DNA from: an uncultured Fidelibacterota bacterium
GTDB lineage: Bacteria; Fidelibacterota; UBA8477; JABMPR01
Length of the DNA stretch: 64,000 nucleotides
Assembly: GCA_937888365.1 (NCBI GenBank)
Contig: CALBFA010000041.1
Span: 1,689-65,688 of the forward strand
Direction of reading: 5' to 3'
Below the pieces are notes generated by a model. The model was not told the origin of the DNA and ran no database searches. It saw only the letters and a list, made by a program, of their open reading frames with translations. Below are positions 17,618 through 27,846 of the stretch, in pieces. The translations under genes were made by a program, and so were the position numbers. How positions within the stretch are numbered: position 1 is the stretch's first letter; every line of letters starts with the position of its first letter.

Positions 17618-19036
17618 ATGGCCCTTCAATTTTATAATTCAATCAAAAGAAAAAGAAACATATTTTCGCCTATTATTGATGGTGAGGTAAAGCTCTATAC
17701 CTGCGGACCGACGGTTTATAATTATGCCCATATCGGTAATTTTAGAACCTTTATGTTCGAGGATTTATTGCGTCGTTATTTGGAGTTTAAGGGATTCACC
17801 GTCACGCATGTAATGAATTTGACAGATGTCGATGACAAAACAATTCGAAATAGTCAACAAGCAGGGACACCTTTATTAAAATTTGTTCAATTCTTTAAGG
17901 ATGCCTTTTTCGCTGATTTAGACGCCTTAAATATACGTCGTGCTCATCATTATCCTGCCGCTACTGCTTATGTCCCTCAAATGATAGAAATGGTAAAAAC
18001 GCTTGTAGATAAAAATTACGCCTATGTATCAGATGATGGCTCTGTCTTTTTTGATATTGCAAAGTTTCCCGAGTATGGACGATTGGCTAATTTGAAACCC
18101 GAAGACATGCTGGTGGGAAATCGTGTTGCTGATGATGAATATGATAAAGAAGAGATGCGAGATTTCGCTTTATGGAAAGGCAGGAAAGCAGAAGATGGAG
18201 AGATCTTTTGGGATTCGCCATGGGGCAAAGGACGACCGGGTTGGCATATTGAATGTTCAGTGATGTCAACAGAGCTACTCGGAGATCATTTTGATATCCA
18301 TTGCGGCGGCATCGATAATTTATTTCCGCACCATGAAAATGAAATTGCCCAGAGCGTTTGCGCCACCGGAAAAGAATTTGTCAATTACTGGCTTCATTCG
18401 GAATATTTACTAGTGGATCGAAAAAAAATGTCTAAATCTGACCATAATTATTTTACGATTCCAGACTTATTGGAGCGAAATATTCCTGCAAGTATCATTC
18501 GTTGGATGTTGTTGACGACGCATTATCGACAAAAATTGAATTTTTCTCTTGATCGTGTTGAAGAAGCTCAAAAATCACTCGATCGTATTATGAGTTTCAA
18601 AAATAGGCTAAAAGAATACCAAGGGATAGAAGGAAATGCAGAGCCATTTCTTGATGATTCCATGAAATCGTTTGAGCTTTCAATGGATGATGACTTAAAT
18701 ATTTCGGGTGGTTTAGGCGCTATTTTTGAGATGATTCGTAATGGAAATCGTTTAATGGACATGAATGAATTTTCACAAGAAGGAAAACTCCTAGCAATGT
18801 CATTGATAGAACGATTTGATAGTGTTCTCGGCATATTCGATCTCCTTGAAAATGAGGCGACGCTCAGCTTAGTGAACGATACATCTTGGATAGAAGCGAA
18901 AATAATCGAGCGAAATAAAGCTCGGAAAGCAAAAGATTATGACATGTCCGATGCCCTCCGAAATGAAATTATTGAGGCTGGGTATGAACTTATTGATAAA
19001 CCCGACGAAACAATATGGAAGAAAAGGACCATTTGA
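17618..19036 (+). CDS. cysS: Cysteine--tRNA ligase
   Basis: 472 aa class I aaRS, HIGN and KMSKS motifs. Confidence 0.9.
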   Translation: MALQFYNSIKRKRNIFSPIIDGEVKLYTCGPTVYNYAHIGNFRTFMFEDLLRRYLEFKGFTVTHVMNLTDVDDKTIRNSQQAGTPLLKFVQFFKDAFFADLDALNIRRAHHYPAATAYVPQMIEMVKTLVDKNYAYVSDDGSVFFDIAKFPEYGRLANLKPEDMLVGNRVADDEYDKEEMRDFALWKGRKAEDGEIFWDSPWGKGRPGWHIECSVMSTELLGDHFDIHCGGIDNLFPHHENEIAQSVCATGKEFVNYWLHSEYLLVDRKKMSKSDHNYFTIPDLLERNIPASIIRWMLLTTHYRQKLNFSLDRVEEAQKSLDRIMSFKNRLKEYQGIEGNAEPFLDDSMKSFELSMDDDLNISGGLGAIFEMIRNGNRLMDMNEFSQEGKLLAMSLIERFDSVLGIFDLLENEATLSLVNDTSWIEAKIIERNKARKAKDYDMSDALRNEIIEAGYELIDKPDETIWKKRTI

Positions 19037-19183
19037 AATTAAGTAGAATATTTTTCTAAACTTACTTGCATAATGAGACCTCACTTTTATATTTTGCCGC
19101 TCTTTTTTAAAAGGATATCTGTTTCAGGCATTCATTGCTGAATTTTATTGAGTGATTGAGTCTAATATTTCAATCCTGATTGT

Positions 19184-19256
19184 GCCACTCTAGCTCAGTT
19201 GGTAGAGCATCGGTTTTGTAAACCGACGGTCGAGAGTTCGAGTCTCTTGGGTGGCC
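19184..19256 (+). tRNA. tRNA-Thr (anticodon TGT)
   Basis: Manual cloverleaf fold: acceptor GCCACTC/GGGTGGC, anticodon loop TTTGTAA. Confidence 0.8.
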
Positions 19257-19292
19257 CAATCAAGATTGAAATTGCAGATTAAAAAAAGAAAC

Positions 19293-19375
19293 GGATCGGT
19301 GGCCGAGTGGTTAAAGGCGGCAGACTGTAAATCTGCTCACGTACGTGTACGGTGGTTCGAACCCATCCCGGTCCA
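19293..19375 (+). tRNA. tRNA-Tyr (anticodon GTA), long variable arm
   Basis: Manual fold: anticodon loop CTGTAAA, type-II variable arm. Confidence 0.8.
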
Positions 19376-19430
19376 CAGTTTTTTAACATATTTTTTGGGG
19401 AGGCAACTTTTAGGGTTGCTGTTTGAACCC

Positions 19431-19501
19431 GCGGGTGTAGTTCAATGGTAGAACACCAGCCTTCCAAGCTGGTCATGTGAGTTCGATCCTCATCACCCGC
19501 T
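19431..19501 (+). tRNA. tRNA-Gly (anticodon TCC)
   Basis: Manual fold: acceptor GCGGGTG/CACCCGC, anticodon loop CTTCCAA. Confidence 0.8.
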
Positions 19502-19516
19502 CAACGCAAACAGCAA

Positions 19517-19546
19517 AGTCCCAGGAGGTAGCGGGACTTTTTTTTT
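19517..19546 (+). terminator. Rho-independent terminator between tRNA-Gly and tRNA-Thr(GGT)
   Basis: AGTCCC-AGGAGGTAGC-GGGACT followed by T9. Confidence 0.5.
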
Positions 19547-19556
19547 CTTGCAAAGT

Positions 19557-19629
19557 GCTCGGGTAGCTCAGTCGGTAGAGCACCTCCTTGGTAAGGAGAA
19601 GGTCGGCAGTTCAAATCTGCTCTCGAGCT
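19557..19629 (+). tRNA. tRNA-Thr (anticodon GGT)
   Basis: Manual fold; anticodon loop TTGGTAA; one C-A mismatch at top of anticodon stem. Confidence 0.7.
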
Positions 19630-19685
19630 CAATCGCCCCAAAATTCGAAATTTAACCAATATTGCCAAATATGGAGGGCAAAATA

Positions 19686-20879
19686 ATGGCTAAGAAAAAG
19701 TATGAGCGCACGAAGCCTCACGTTAATGTAGGAACAATAGGTCATGTTGACCATGGGAAGACGACATTAACGGCAGCAATCACGGTAGTATTATCGAATG
19801 ACGGATTGAGTGAAGTCCGTTCATTTGACAGTATTGATAATGCACCAGAAGAGCGTGAACGAGGAATCACAATTGCGACAGCCCACGTAGAGTATGAGAC
19901 GGAAAATCGTCATTATGCCCACGTTGACTGTCCAGGACACGCGGACTATATCAAAAATATGATAACAGGAGCCGCCCAAATGGACGGCGCGATCCTGGTT
20001 GTAAGTGCCGCAGACGGCGCGATGCCTCAGACCCGTGAGCACGTATTACTTGCCAAGCAGGTAAACGTCCCCTCAATCGTAATATTCATGAATAAAGTAG
20101 ACCAAGTAGATGATGATGAGTTATTGGACTTGGTAGAGATGGAATTACGTGAATTATTAGATGAATATGATTTTCCAGGTGATGATACACCTGTCATACG
20201 AGGAAGTGCATTACGAGCTTTAGGCAATCCTACAGATCCTGAAGCAACAGCGTGTATCCATGAGTTGATGGCAGCGGTAGATTCATTTATCCCCGAACCC
20301 GAACGAGATGTAGACAAGCCCTTTTTAATGCCTGTAGAAGATGTATTTAGTATCACAGGTCGTGGTACGGTAGGAACGGGGAGAATTGAACGAGGGATCG
20401 TAAAAGTAGGCGAAGAAGTTGAAATCATAGGTATGGTTGAAGAGTCGAAGAAAACGACAGTAACGGGAGTAGAGATGTTCCGTAAGTTGTTAGACTCAGG
20501 CCAAGCAGGTGATAATGTAGGTTTATTATTACGAGGAATCGATAAAGAGTGGCTCCAGCGTGGAATGGTCATCGCCAAACCTGGTAGTGTAAAACCACAC
20601 AAGAAATTTAAGGCAGAAGTCTATGTGTTGAAGAAAGAAGAAGGGGGTCGTCATACACCATTTTTTAATGGATATCGTCCCCAGTTTTATTTTCGCACGA
20701 CGGATGTAACAGGTATCGTAGATTTACCTGAAGGAACAGAAATGGTAATGCCAGGTGACAATGTGACTGTAACAATCTCATTGATAGCGCCCATCGCAAT
20801 GGATCCAGAATTGCGTTTTGCTATCCGTGAAGGTGGTCATACTGTTGGCGCTGGTGTCGTAACTGAGATAATCGAATAG
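19686..20879 (+). CDS. tuf: Elongation factor Tu (copy 1)
   Basis: 397 aa, [11 protein letters not shown]-loop; identical to copy at 35149-36342. Confidence 0.95.
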   Translation: MAKKKYERTKPHVNVGTIGHVDHGKTTLTAAITVVLSNDGLSEVRSFDSIDNAPEERERGITIATAHVEYETENRHYAHVDCPGHADYIKNMITGAAQMDGAILVVSAADGAMPQTREHVLLAKQVNVPSIVIFMNKVDQVDDDELLDLVEMELRELLDEYDFPGDDTPVIRGSALRALGNPTDPEATACIHELMAAVDSFIPEPERDVDKPFLMPVEDVFSITGRGTVGTGRIERGIVKVGEEVEIIGMVEESKKTTVTGVEMFRKLLDSGQAGDNVGLLLRGIDKEWLQRGMVIAKPGSVKPHKKFKAEVYVLKKEEGGRHTPFFNGYRPQFYFRTTDVTGIVDLPEGTEMVMPGDNVTVTISLIAPIAMDPELRFAIREGGHTVGAGVVTEIIE

Positions 20880-20895
20880 GACACGGTAAATTACC

Positions 20896-21045
20896 ATGAG
20901 AGAAATTATCACTCTTGAATGCACTGTATGCAAGGAACGGAATTATTCAACCATGAAGAATAAAAGGTTGCAACCTGCCCGCGTTGAGCATAAAAAATAT
21001 TGTTCAACATGCAATAAACACACAGTTCACAAAGAAACGAAATAG
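20896..21045 (+). CDS. rpmG: 50S ribosomal protein L33
   Basis: Manually translated 49-aa [52 protein letters not shown] (below the ORF-track cutoff); canonical tuf-rpmG-tRNA-Trp-secE context. Confidence 0.8.
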   Translation: MREIITLECTVCKERNYSTMKNKRLQPARVEHKKYCSTCNKHTVHKETK

Positions 21046-21063
21046 TTAAGAAATGAATTTAAC

Positions 21064-21135
21064 AGGAGAGTGGCTCAATGGTAGAGCAGCGGTCTCCAAA
21101 ACCGCAGGTTGCAGGTTCGAGTCCTGTCTCTCCTG
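21064..21135 (+). tRNA. tRNA-Trp (anticodon CCA)
   Basis: Manual fold: acceptor AGGAGAG/CTCTCCT, anticodon loop CTCCAAA. Confidence 0.8.
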
Positions 21136-21167
21136 CTTCACATTCATTTGATAAGTAGAGTGCAAAT

Positions 21168-21359
21168 ATGATAGAAAAAATCAGAACATTTTTTACTGAC
21201 GTACAGTTTGAATTCCAAAAAATCAGTTGGCCTACTTATGAAGAACTTAAGGGTTCTACATGGATTGTGCTAGGTATGTCTGGAGTATTAGCTTTGATTT
21301 TATTTGTTATGGATAAAATCATGTCAACGTTAATACTTGATATAATTATGGGGCAATAA
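21168..21359 (+). CDS. secE: Preprotein translocase subunit SecE
   Basis: 63 aa single-TM protein immediately upstream of nusG. Confidence 0.8.
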   Translation: MIEKIRTFFTDVQFEFQKISWPTYEELKGSTWIVLGMSGVLALILFVMDKIMSTLILDIIMGQ

Positions 21360-21360
21360 A

Positions 21361-21894
21361 GTGGCTTTAAAGTGGTATAGTTTACGCGCTCTTTCTGGCA
21401 AAGAAAAGAAAATACGTGATGCAATACTTCATGAAGCAGCTTTAGCTAACCTTCAAGAAATAATTGTCGATGTTCTCGTCCCTTCTGAAAACGTTGTTGA
21501 AATGCGTGGCGGTAAAAAATACGTACGGAATAAGGTATTTTTCCCTGGCTACATCATGATACAAATGGAATTGACAAAAGTGAGTCGTTATTTAATAGAA
21601 AACACTCCCGGAGTTATGAGTTTTGTTGGACCAAAAGGTGAACCAACGCCTCTAAAAGAAGATGAAATTCGTCGGATTTTAGGTGAAGTTGAAGAACGTG
21701 ATGGGAAAGAAATTCTCGGTACTCCATATGCTCCTGGTGATCCTATTAAAATTATAGATGGCCCTTTTATCGATTTCTCAGGATTCGTTAAAGAGATTGA
21801 CGAGACAAAACAAAAAGTAAAAGTGGAAGTGTCGATATTTGGGCGTCCTACTCCTGTAGAGTTGGATTATTTACAAATAGAGATGGAAAAATAG
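21361..21894 (+). CDS. nusG: Transcription termination/antitermination factor NusG
   Basis: 177 aa, GTG start, NGN + KOW domains. Confidence 0.9.
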   Translation: MALKWYSLRALSGKEKKIRDAILHEAALANLQEIIVDVLVPSENVVEMRGGKKYVRNKVFFPGYIMIQMELTKVSRYLIENTPGVMSFVGPKGEPTPLKEDEIRRILGEVEERDGKEILGTPYAPGDPIKIIDGPFIDFSGFVKEIDETKQKVKVEVSIFGRPTPVELDYLQIEMEK

Positions 21895-21914
21895 AAGTAA
21901 TAAAGGTTTAATCT

Positions 21915-22340
21915 ATGGCCAAAAAAGTCATTAATCAAATTAAGTTGCAAATCAATGCGGGGGCTGCTAATCCATCACCTCCAGTCGGTCCTGCTTTAGG
22001 TCAAGCTGGCGTGAATATTATGGAATTTTGCAAAGCATTTAATTCTCGCACTGAAAAAGATCGCGGTTTAGTCATTCCAGTTGTTATAACTGTTTATGCT
22101 GATCGTTCTTTTACATTTGTAACGAAGACTCCACCCGCTGCAGTGCTTTTAAAGAAAGCTGCCGGATTGGAGAAAGGATCAGGGAGACCTAACTCAGAAA
22201 AAGTTGGGAAAGTGACACGTGCTCAAGTTAAAGAGATTGTTGAACTAAAAAAACCTGATTTAAATGCGCATGACCTTGAAATGGGGATGCGTATTATCGA
22301 AGGTACTGCCCGCAGTATGGGCATTACGGTGGAGGGTTAA
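21915..22340 (+). CDS. rplK: 50S ribosomal protein L11
   Basis: conserved sequence, operon order. Confidence 0.95.
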   Translation: MAKKVINQIKLQINAGAANPSPPVGPALGQAGVNIMEFCKAFNSRTEKDRGLVIPVVITVYADRSFTFVTKTPPAAVLLKKAAGLEKGSGRPNSEKVGKVTRAQVKEIVELKKPDLNAHDLEMGMRIIEGTARSMGITVEG

Positions 22341-22347
22341 TTCAGTC

Positions 22348-23040
22348 ATGAAAATATCTAAAAAAGTTAGAGAATATTCATCCAAAATTGATCGTTTGGC
22401 AGAATACCCCATATTAGATGGAATTATGCTGACCAAAAAATATGCAACGGCTAAATTTGATGAATCTGTCGAAGTCGCAGTTTCATTAGGTGTTAATCCA
22501 AAATTTTCTGATCAAATGATTCGTGGTTCCGTAACATTACCACATGGGACGGGTAAAACAGTCCGAGTTCTTGTGCTTGCAAAAGGCGCTAAAGCAGAAG
22601 AGGCTGAAGCCGCTCATGCTGATTACGTTGGGTTTGAAGAGTATATCGAAAAACTTAAGCAAGGTTGGACCGATGTTGATGTTGTCATCACTACACCCGA
22701 TAATATGGGTGAAGTCGGTAAGCTTGGACGTGTTTTAGGACCTAGAGGTTTGATGCCAAATCCAAAAAGTGGTACGGTTACAATGGATGTTGCAGCTGCA
22801 GTTGAAGCTTCAAAAGCAGGTAAAATTGATTTTCGAAGCGACAAGTACGGTAATGTACATAGCATCGTAGGGAAAGTATCATTTGACGCAGAAAAATTAT
22901 CCGAAAATCTTAGCGTTCTATTAAAAAAATTGATTGCTATGAAACCAAGCTCATCAAAAGGGCTATATGTTAAACGGGTAACAATCAGTTCAACAATGGG
23001 ACCAGGTATCAAAATTGATAAAGCTGGTTTTAGTAATTAA
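22348..23040 (+). CDS. rplA: 50S ribosomal protein L1
   Basis: start trimmed to MKISKKV...; conserved sequence. Confidence 0.9.
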   Translation: MKISKKVREYSSKIDRLAEYPILDGIMLTKKYATAKFDESVEVAVSLGVNPKFSDQMIRGSVTLPHGTGKTVRVLVLAKGAKAEEAEAAHADYVGFEEYIEKLKQGWTDVDVVITTPDNMGEVGKLGRVLGPRGLMPNPKSGTVTMDVAAAVEASKAGKIDFRSDKYGNVHSIVGKVSFDAEKLSENLSVLLKKLIAMKPSSSKGLYVKRVTISSTMGPGIKIDKAGFSN

Positions 23041-23052
23041 TAGGAACTCGCT

Positions 23053-23580
23053 ATGTCTAGTAAAAAAAATATTTCATCCGTAGAATATATCGGCCAACAG
23101 TTTGACAAAACGAAGACCATATATTTCACAGACTATTCAGGACTCACAGTAGAGCAAGTTAATGTTTTACGTACAAATTTACATGAGCACGGTGTAAATT
23201 ATCATGTACTTAAAAATACATTAACACTACTTGTAGCAAAAAAGAATGGTTATGAAGGCTTAGAGTCAGTACTGAAAGGACCCACTGCACTTGCATTTGC
23301 AGCGGGTGATCCCACAGCACCTGCTCGAGTATTTAAAGAATTCCTCAAAAAAGAGGGAAAAATAAAAGGTAAACCAGCAGTAAAGGGTTTAGTCTTTGAA
23401 GGCAAAGTTTTAGACGCATCTTTCTATGTAAAGATTGCAGATTTGCCTTCTCGCGAAATCTTACTTGCACAGTTGCTCGGTGGGCTGCAGTCTCCAATCC
23501 AAAAGACCTTGAGCGTACTTCAAGCTCCGATGAGAGAACTGGCTGGAACATTAGACGCATTAAAACTAACAAAAAATTAA
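23053..23580 (+). CDS. rplJ: 50S ribosomal protein L10
   Basis: conserved sequence, operon order. Confidence 0.9.
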   Translation: MSSKKNISSVEYIGQQFDKTKTIYFTDYSGLTVEQVNVLRTNLHEHGVNYHVLKNTLTLLVAKKNGYEGLESVLKGPTALAFAAGDPTAPARVFKEFLKKEGKIKGKPAVKGLVFEGKVLDASFYVKIADLPSREILLAQLLGGLQSPIQKTLSVLQAPMRELAGTLDALKLTKN

Positions 23581-23601
23581 TTATCGGGAGGTAATCCACT
23601 C

Positions 23602-23976
23602 ATGGCAACAACGAGAGAAGACGTTTTAGGATATCTTGAAACAGCTAATATGCTAGAAATCTCAGAATTGATTTCTGCAATCGAAGAAAAATTCGGCGTA
23701 ACAGCCGCTGCACCCGTTGCAGCCGCTGCAGCCGTTGCTGGACCTGTAGAAGAAGTTGAAGAGCAAACAGAATTTGATGTTATACTTGAAGACGCAGGTG
23801 CCAAAAAAATTAATGTTATCAAAATTGTTCGTGGTGTTACAAGCTTAGGGCTAAAAGAAGCAAAAGCTCTTGTTGATGAAGCACCAAACAAAATTAAGGA
23901 AGCAGTTTCTAAAGCCGAAGCTGACGAATTAAAAGCTCAACTTGAAGAAGCTGGAGCTAAAGTCTCTGTTAAATAA
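23602..23976 (+). CDS. rplL: 50S ribosomal protein L7/L12
   Basis: Ala-rich hinge, conserved C-terminal domain. Confidence 0.95.
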   Translation: MATTREDVLGYLETANMLEISELISAIEEKFGVTAAAPVAAAAAVAGPVEEVEEQTEFDVILEDAGAKKINVIKIVRGVTSLGLKEAKALVDEAPNKIKEAVSKAEADELKAQLEEAGAKVSVK

Positions 23977-24003
23977 AGCAGAGTTCTAAGATAACAATTA
24001 TTT

Positions 24004-24038
24004 AGCTCGTGAGGTTATTTACCTCACGAGCTTTTGTC
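24004..24038 (+). terminator. rplL-rpoB intergenic attenuator/terminator hairpin
   Basis: Perfect 12-bp stem AGCTCGTGAGGT/ACCTCACGAGCT with 5-nt loop followed by TTTTG. Confidence 0.6.
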
Positions 24039-24057
24039 CTTTGTAAAACTTTAAAAC

Positions 24058-27000
24058 TTGGAGTTGCATTTGACCCAGACAAGTTTATTAGAGAGACAAT
24101 CGTTTAGTAAGATTGGTGAGCAAGTCCCTTTACCGGACTTGATGAACCTGCAACTAAATTCTTGGATAGAATTTTTACAGGATGATACGCCTGCAAGACT
24201 TCGCGAAAACCGAGGTTTAGAAGCCGTCTTTACGAGTGTATTTCCCATTGAAGACAATCACGGAAACTACATGCTCGAATATGTCTCTTATCAGACAGGA
24301 CTACCACGTTATTCTATCGACGAATGTCTAGATCGTGGAGTTACATACTCAGTACCCCTAAAAGTTAAATTAATATTGCATGCTACCGTAGAAGAAGCTG
24401 ACCCGGGTGATTATACAAATCATATCGAACAAGACATTTTCTTTGGTAATATCCCAACAATGACGAACAGAGGCTCTTTTATCATTAATGGTGCAGAACG
24501 TGTTATTGTTGCTCAGTTACAAAGATCACCAGGTGTTTTCTTTGAGCAAACACAGCATCCTAACGGTACAAGACTTTATTCTGCTAGATTGATACCGCTC
24601 CGTGGTAGTTGGCTTGATATTACAACGGATATTCATGACGCCATTTATGCAGTTATCGATAGAAGACGAAGATTCCCAATTACGCATCTGTTAAGAGCAA
24701 TGGGTTTCTCTTCTAACACCGATATCCTGATGGCTTTTGACGCTGTTCGTGAATTAAGACTCGCTGATAATGTTGGTTTGAAGCAATACTATGATAAAGA
24801 ATTGCCCGTTGATGTCATCCATCCTGAAACAGGTGAAATCTTAGCAGAAGCAGGTGAAAAGCTTTCTAAGGAGCGCGTGCGTGACCTTAAGAAAACGGGT
24901 ATTAAGGGCGTGATGGTTGTTAAAGACCCTGACGACTTAAAATTCGAGCTTTTATCTAATACCTTGGCGAAAGATAAAACCATTGATACGAATGATGCAC
25001 TCAGAGCTTTTTATACCGAGATGCGCGGTGGAGAACCACCAAACTTAGACCTTGCAGAGAAATTTCTCGCGAGACTTCTATTTGATCCTAAAAAATATGA
25101 TTTAGGTGAAGTCGGTCGTTATCGTATGAATAAAAAATTCGGCGTTGAAGTTCCGATGGATCAACTCGTTTTAACGAGTGATGATATCATCTTGACAACG
25201 AATTATCTCGTTGATATGCGAAAAGGCGAACGCGGAACAGACGATATTGACCATCTAGGCAATCGTCGTGTACGTACCGTTGGCGAACAATTGGGGAACC
25301 AATTTGCTGTTGCTTTATCCAGAATGTCGAGAACAATTCGTGAGCGAATGAATGTTCGTGATAATGAAAATCTCACGCCTCAAGACTTAGTGAATTCGCG
25401 TATCGTTACGAGCGCAATCAGTTCGTTTTTTGGTACGAATCAATTATCACAGTTCTTAGATCAAACGAATCCACTTGCTGAAGTGACGCATAAAAGAAGA
25501 CTTTCTTCTCTCGGACCAGGTGCCCTAACGCGCGAAAGAGCAGGATTTGAGGTTCGTGATGTTCACTATACACATTACGGACGTCTGTGCCCAATTGAAA
25601 CACCTGAGGGACCCAACATTGGTCTGATTTCATCATTAGCTTCTTATGCTGTGGTCAATAGACTTGGTTTTATTGAAACACCCTATAAGAAAATTGTGCT
25701 TTCCAACGGCAAACCTAAGATGTCAAAACAAATTGATTATCTATCTGCCGATGATGAAGAACGTTCGAACATTGCCCAAGCCCAAATTCGTTTAGATGAA
25801 GAAGGCTATTTGCAAGACAAGTATTTGCAGGTGCGTGTTCGCGGTGACTTCCCCCATGTTGATGTAAGTGAAGTCGCTTACAAAGACGTTTCTCCGCTGC
25901 AGATTGTTTCTCCGGCTGCGGCCTGTATTCCATTTTTAGAGCATGATGATGCTAACCGTGCCCTCATGGGTTCTAACATGCAACGTCAATCTGTACCGCT
26001 CTTATGGACAGAAGCGCCTATTGTTGGAACTGGATTTGAAAGCATTATTGCGAGAGATTCACGAGCGATTTTAATCTCTGATGTTAAAGGTACGGTTAAA
26101 GAAGTTACGTCAGATAAGGTTCTCGTCAAAGTAAGCAAACGCTTTGATGAAGCGACGACATTGATTGAAGAACCTGGTATGGTTACGTTTAAATTGAAGA
26201 AATTTATTCGTAGTAACCAAGACACATGCATGAATCAACGTCCAATCGTTAAAGTTGGTCAAAAAATTAATATTGGTGATATTTTAGCGGATGGTATGAG
26301 TACAGATAATGGTGAACTTGCACTCGGTAAGAATATCACTGTTGCATTTATGCCTTGGCGCGGATACAACTATGAAGATGCCATCGTTCTGAGCGAAAAT
26401 CTTCTTAAGAGAGATACATTTACAACTCTCGTTGTAAAACAAGTTGAACTGGAAGTTAGAGAAACAAAGCGTGGTGAAGAGGAACTTACTCGCGATATTC
26501 CTAACGTATCAGAAGAGGCAACACGTAATCTTTCTAAAGATGGGATCATTCGAATTGGTGCTGAAGTAAGACCTGGCGATATTTTGATTGGTAAAGTAAC
26601 ACCCAAAGGTGAAACCGACCCAACGCCTGAAGAAAAGCTATTAAAAGCTATATTTGGAGAAAAAGCCGGTGATGTTAAAGATGCATCAAAAAGAGCGACT
26701 CCAGGTGTTAAAGGTATCGTTATTAAAACGGAACTTTATACGCGTAAAGGTCGAGAATCTCGTAAAGAAGAAAAGCGCCGTTTAGATGCACTTAAAGCCA
26801 AAGCAACTTTAGAAAAAGCGGGTTTGACTAAAAAGCGCAACGAAAAGCTTTTTAATTTATTAAACGAACAAATTGCTGTAGATATCATTGATAATCTTGA
26901 AAAAGTTATTGTCAGAGATGGTACAGTTTTCAATAAAGAAGTAATTAACCAAATTAACTGGGAAAAGGTTGACATTTCAAAACCAGTTTGTCAAGATGAA

Positions 27001-27846
27001 ACGGTCTCAAGCAAAGTGACAGTTTTAGTAGACGAATATTATCGTCTCTATAATGAAATTGAGCAAACCTATGAGAACGACATCTATAAACTTAAGGTTG
27101 GAGATGATTTACAACCTGGCGTTATTCAGTTAGCAAAGGTACAAGTTGCAAGTAAAAGGAAAGTTAGTATCGGTGATAAATTGGCAGGACGACACGGTAA
27201 CAAAGGTATCGTCGCAGCCATCATGCCCGAAGAAGATATGCCTTTTACGAAAGAAGGAAAACCTGTTGATATCGTATTGAATCCCATGGGCGTACCTTCT
27301 CGTATGAACTTAGGTCAGCTTTATGAAACCATGTTAGGTTGGGTCGGAAAAGAGTTGGGAGTTAAATTTGCAACTCCTGTTTTTGATGGTGCCAGCGTAG
27401 CAGAAGTTGATGAGTGGATGAAAAAAGCACATCTCCCTGTTTCTGGAAAAAAAGTTTTAGTTGATGGTCGAACAGGCCAAACAATTGATTCTCCCGTGAC
27501 GTATGGCGAAATCTATATGATGAAATTAGCGCATCAGGTTGATGATAAAATGCATGCTCGTTCAACGGGACCTTATTCGCTTATTACGCAACAACCTTTG
27601 GGTGGTAAAGCACAATTTGGTGGTCAGCGATTTGGTGAGATGGAAGTATGGGCGCTTGAAGCTTATGGCGCTGCACATACTTTGCAAGAAATGCTTACTG
27701 TAAAATCCGATGACGTGGAAGGGCGTTCTAGAGTCTATAACGCTATTGTTAAGGGAGATAATCTTCCAGAATTTGGTGTACCTGAGTCTTTCAATGTTCT
27801 TTTGAGAGAGATGAAGGGTCTAGGACTGGATATAGAGTTAACATGA
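24058..27846 (+). CDS. rpoB: DNA-directed RNA polymerase subunit beta
   Basis: 1262 aa; start ambiguous between TTG at 24058, 24064 or 24070 (in-frame TAA at 24052, GGAG at 24060). Confidence 0.95.
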   Translation: MELHLTQTSLLERQSFSKIGEQVPLPDLMNLQLNSWIEFLQDDTPARLRENRGLEAVFTSVFPIEDNHGNYMLEYVSYQTGLPRYSIDECLDRGVTYSVPLKVKLILHATVEEADPGDYTNHIEQDIFFGNIPTMTNRGSFIINGAERVIVAQLQRSPGVFFEQTQHPNGTRLYSARLIPLRGSWLDITTDIHDAIYAVIDRRRRFPITHLLRAMGFSSNTDILMAFDAVRELRLADNVGLKQYYDKELPVDVIHPETGEILAEAGEKLSKERVRDLKKTGIKGVMVVKDPDDLKFELLSNTLAKDKTIDTNDALRAFYTEMRGGEPPNLDLAEKFLARLLFDPKKYDLGEVGRYRMNKKFGVEVPMDQLVLTSDDIILTTNYLVDMRKGERGTDDIDHLGNRRVRTVGEQLGNQFAVALSRMSRTIRERMNVRDNENLTPQDLVNSRIVTSAISSFFGTNQLSQFLDQTNPLAEVTHKRRLSSLGPGALTRERAGFEVRDVHYTHYGRLCPIETPEGPNIGLISSLASYAVVNRLGFIETPYKKIVLSNGKPKMSKQIDYLSADDEERSNIAQAQIRLDEEGYLQDKYLQVRVRGDFPHVDVSEVAYKDVSPLQIVSPAAACIPFLEHDDANRALMGSNMQRQSVPLLWTEAPIVGTGFESIIARDSRAILISDVKGTVKEVTSDKVLVKVSKRFDEATTLIEEPGMVTFKLKKFIRSNQDTCMNQRPIVKVGQKINIGDILADGMSTDNGELALGKNITVAFMPWRGYNYEDAIVLSENLLKRDTFTTLVVKQVELEVRETKRGEEELTRDIPNVSEEATRNLSKDGIIRIGAEVRPGDILIGKVTPKGETDPTPEEKLLKAIFGEKAGDVKDASKRATPGVKGIVIKTELYTRKGRESRKEEKRRLDALKAKATLEKAGLTKKRNEKLFNLLNEQIAVDIIDNLEKVIVRDGTVFNKEVINQINWEKVDISKPVCQDETVSSKVTVLVDEYYRLYNEIEQTYENDIYKLKVGDDLQPGVIQLAKVQVASKRKVSIGDKLAGRHGNKGIVAAIMPEEDMPFTKEGKPVDIVLNPMGVPSRMNLGQLYETMLGWVGKELGVKFATPVFDGASVAEVDEWMKKAHLPVSGKKVLVDGRTGQTIDSPVTYGEIYMMKLAHQVDDKMHARSTGPYSLITQQPLGGKAQFGGQRFGEMEVWALEAYGAAHTLQEMLTVKSDDVEGRSRVYNAIVKGDNLPEFGVPESFNVLLREMKGLGLDIELT

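Noticed and set aside
19251-19476. ORFs 19251-19451 (+) and 19279-19476 (-) in the tRNA cluster
   Set aside because: Overlap three well-folded tRNA genes; spurious.
20027-20602. 191-aa minus-strand ORF inside tuf (and its twin at 35490-36065), plus many other antisense ORFs inside rpoB, rpoC, fusA, secY and r-protein genes
   Set aside because: Shadow ORFs on the antisense strand of highly conserved genes; no independent signal. Their being identical in both tuf copies merely reflects nucleotide identity of the copies.
24058-24072. Exact rpoB start codon
   Set aside because: Three in-frame TTG codons follow an in-frame TAA and a GGAG. Cannot be resolved from sequence alone; the reported start is provisional.
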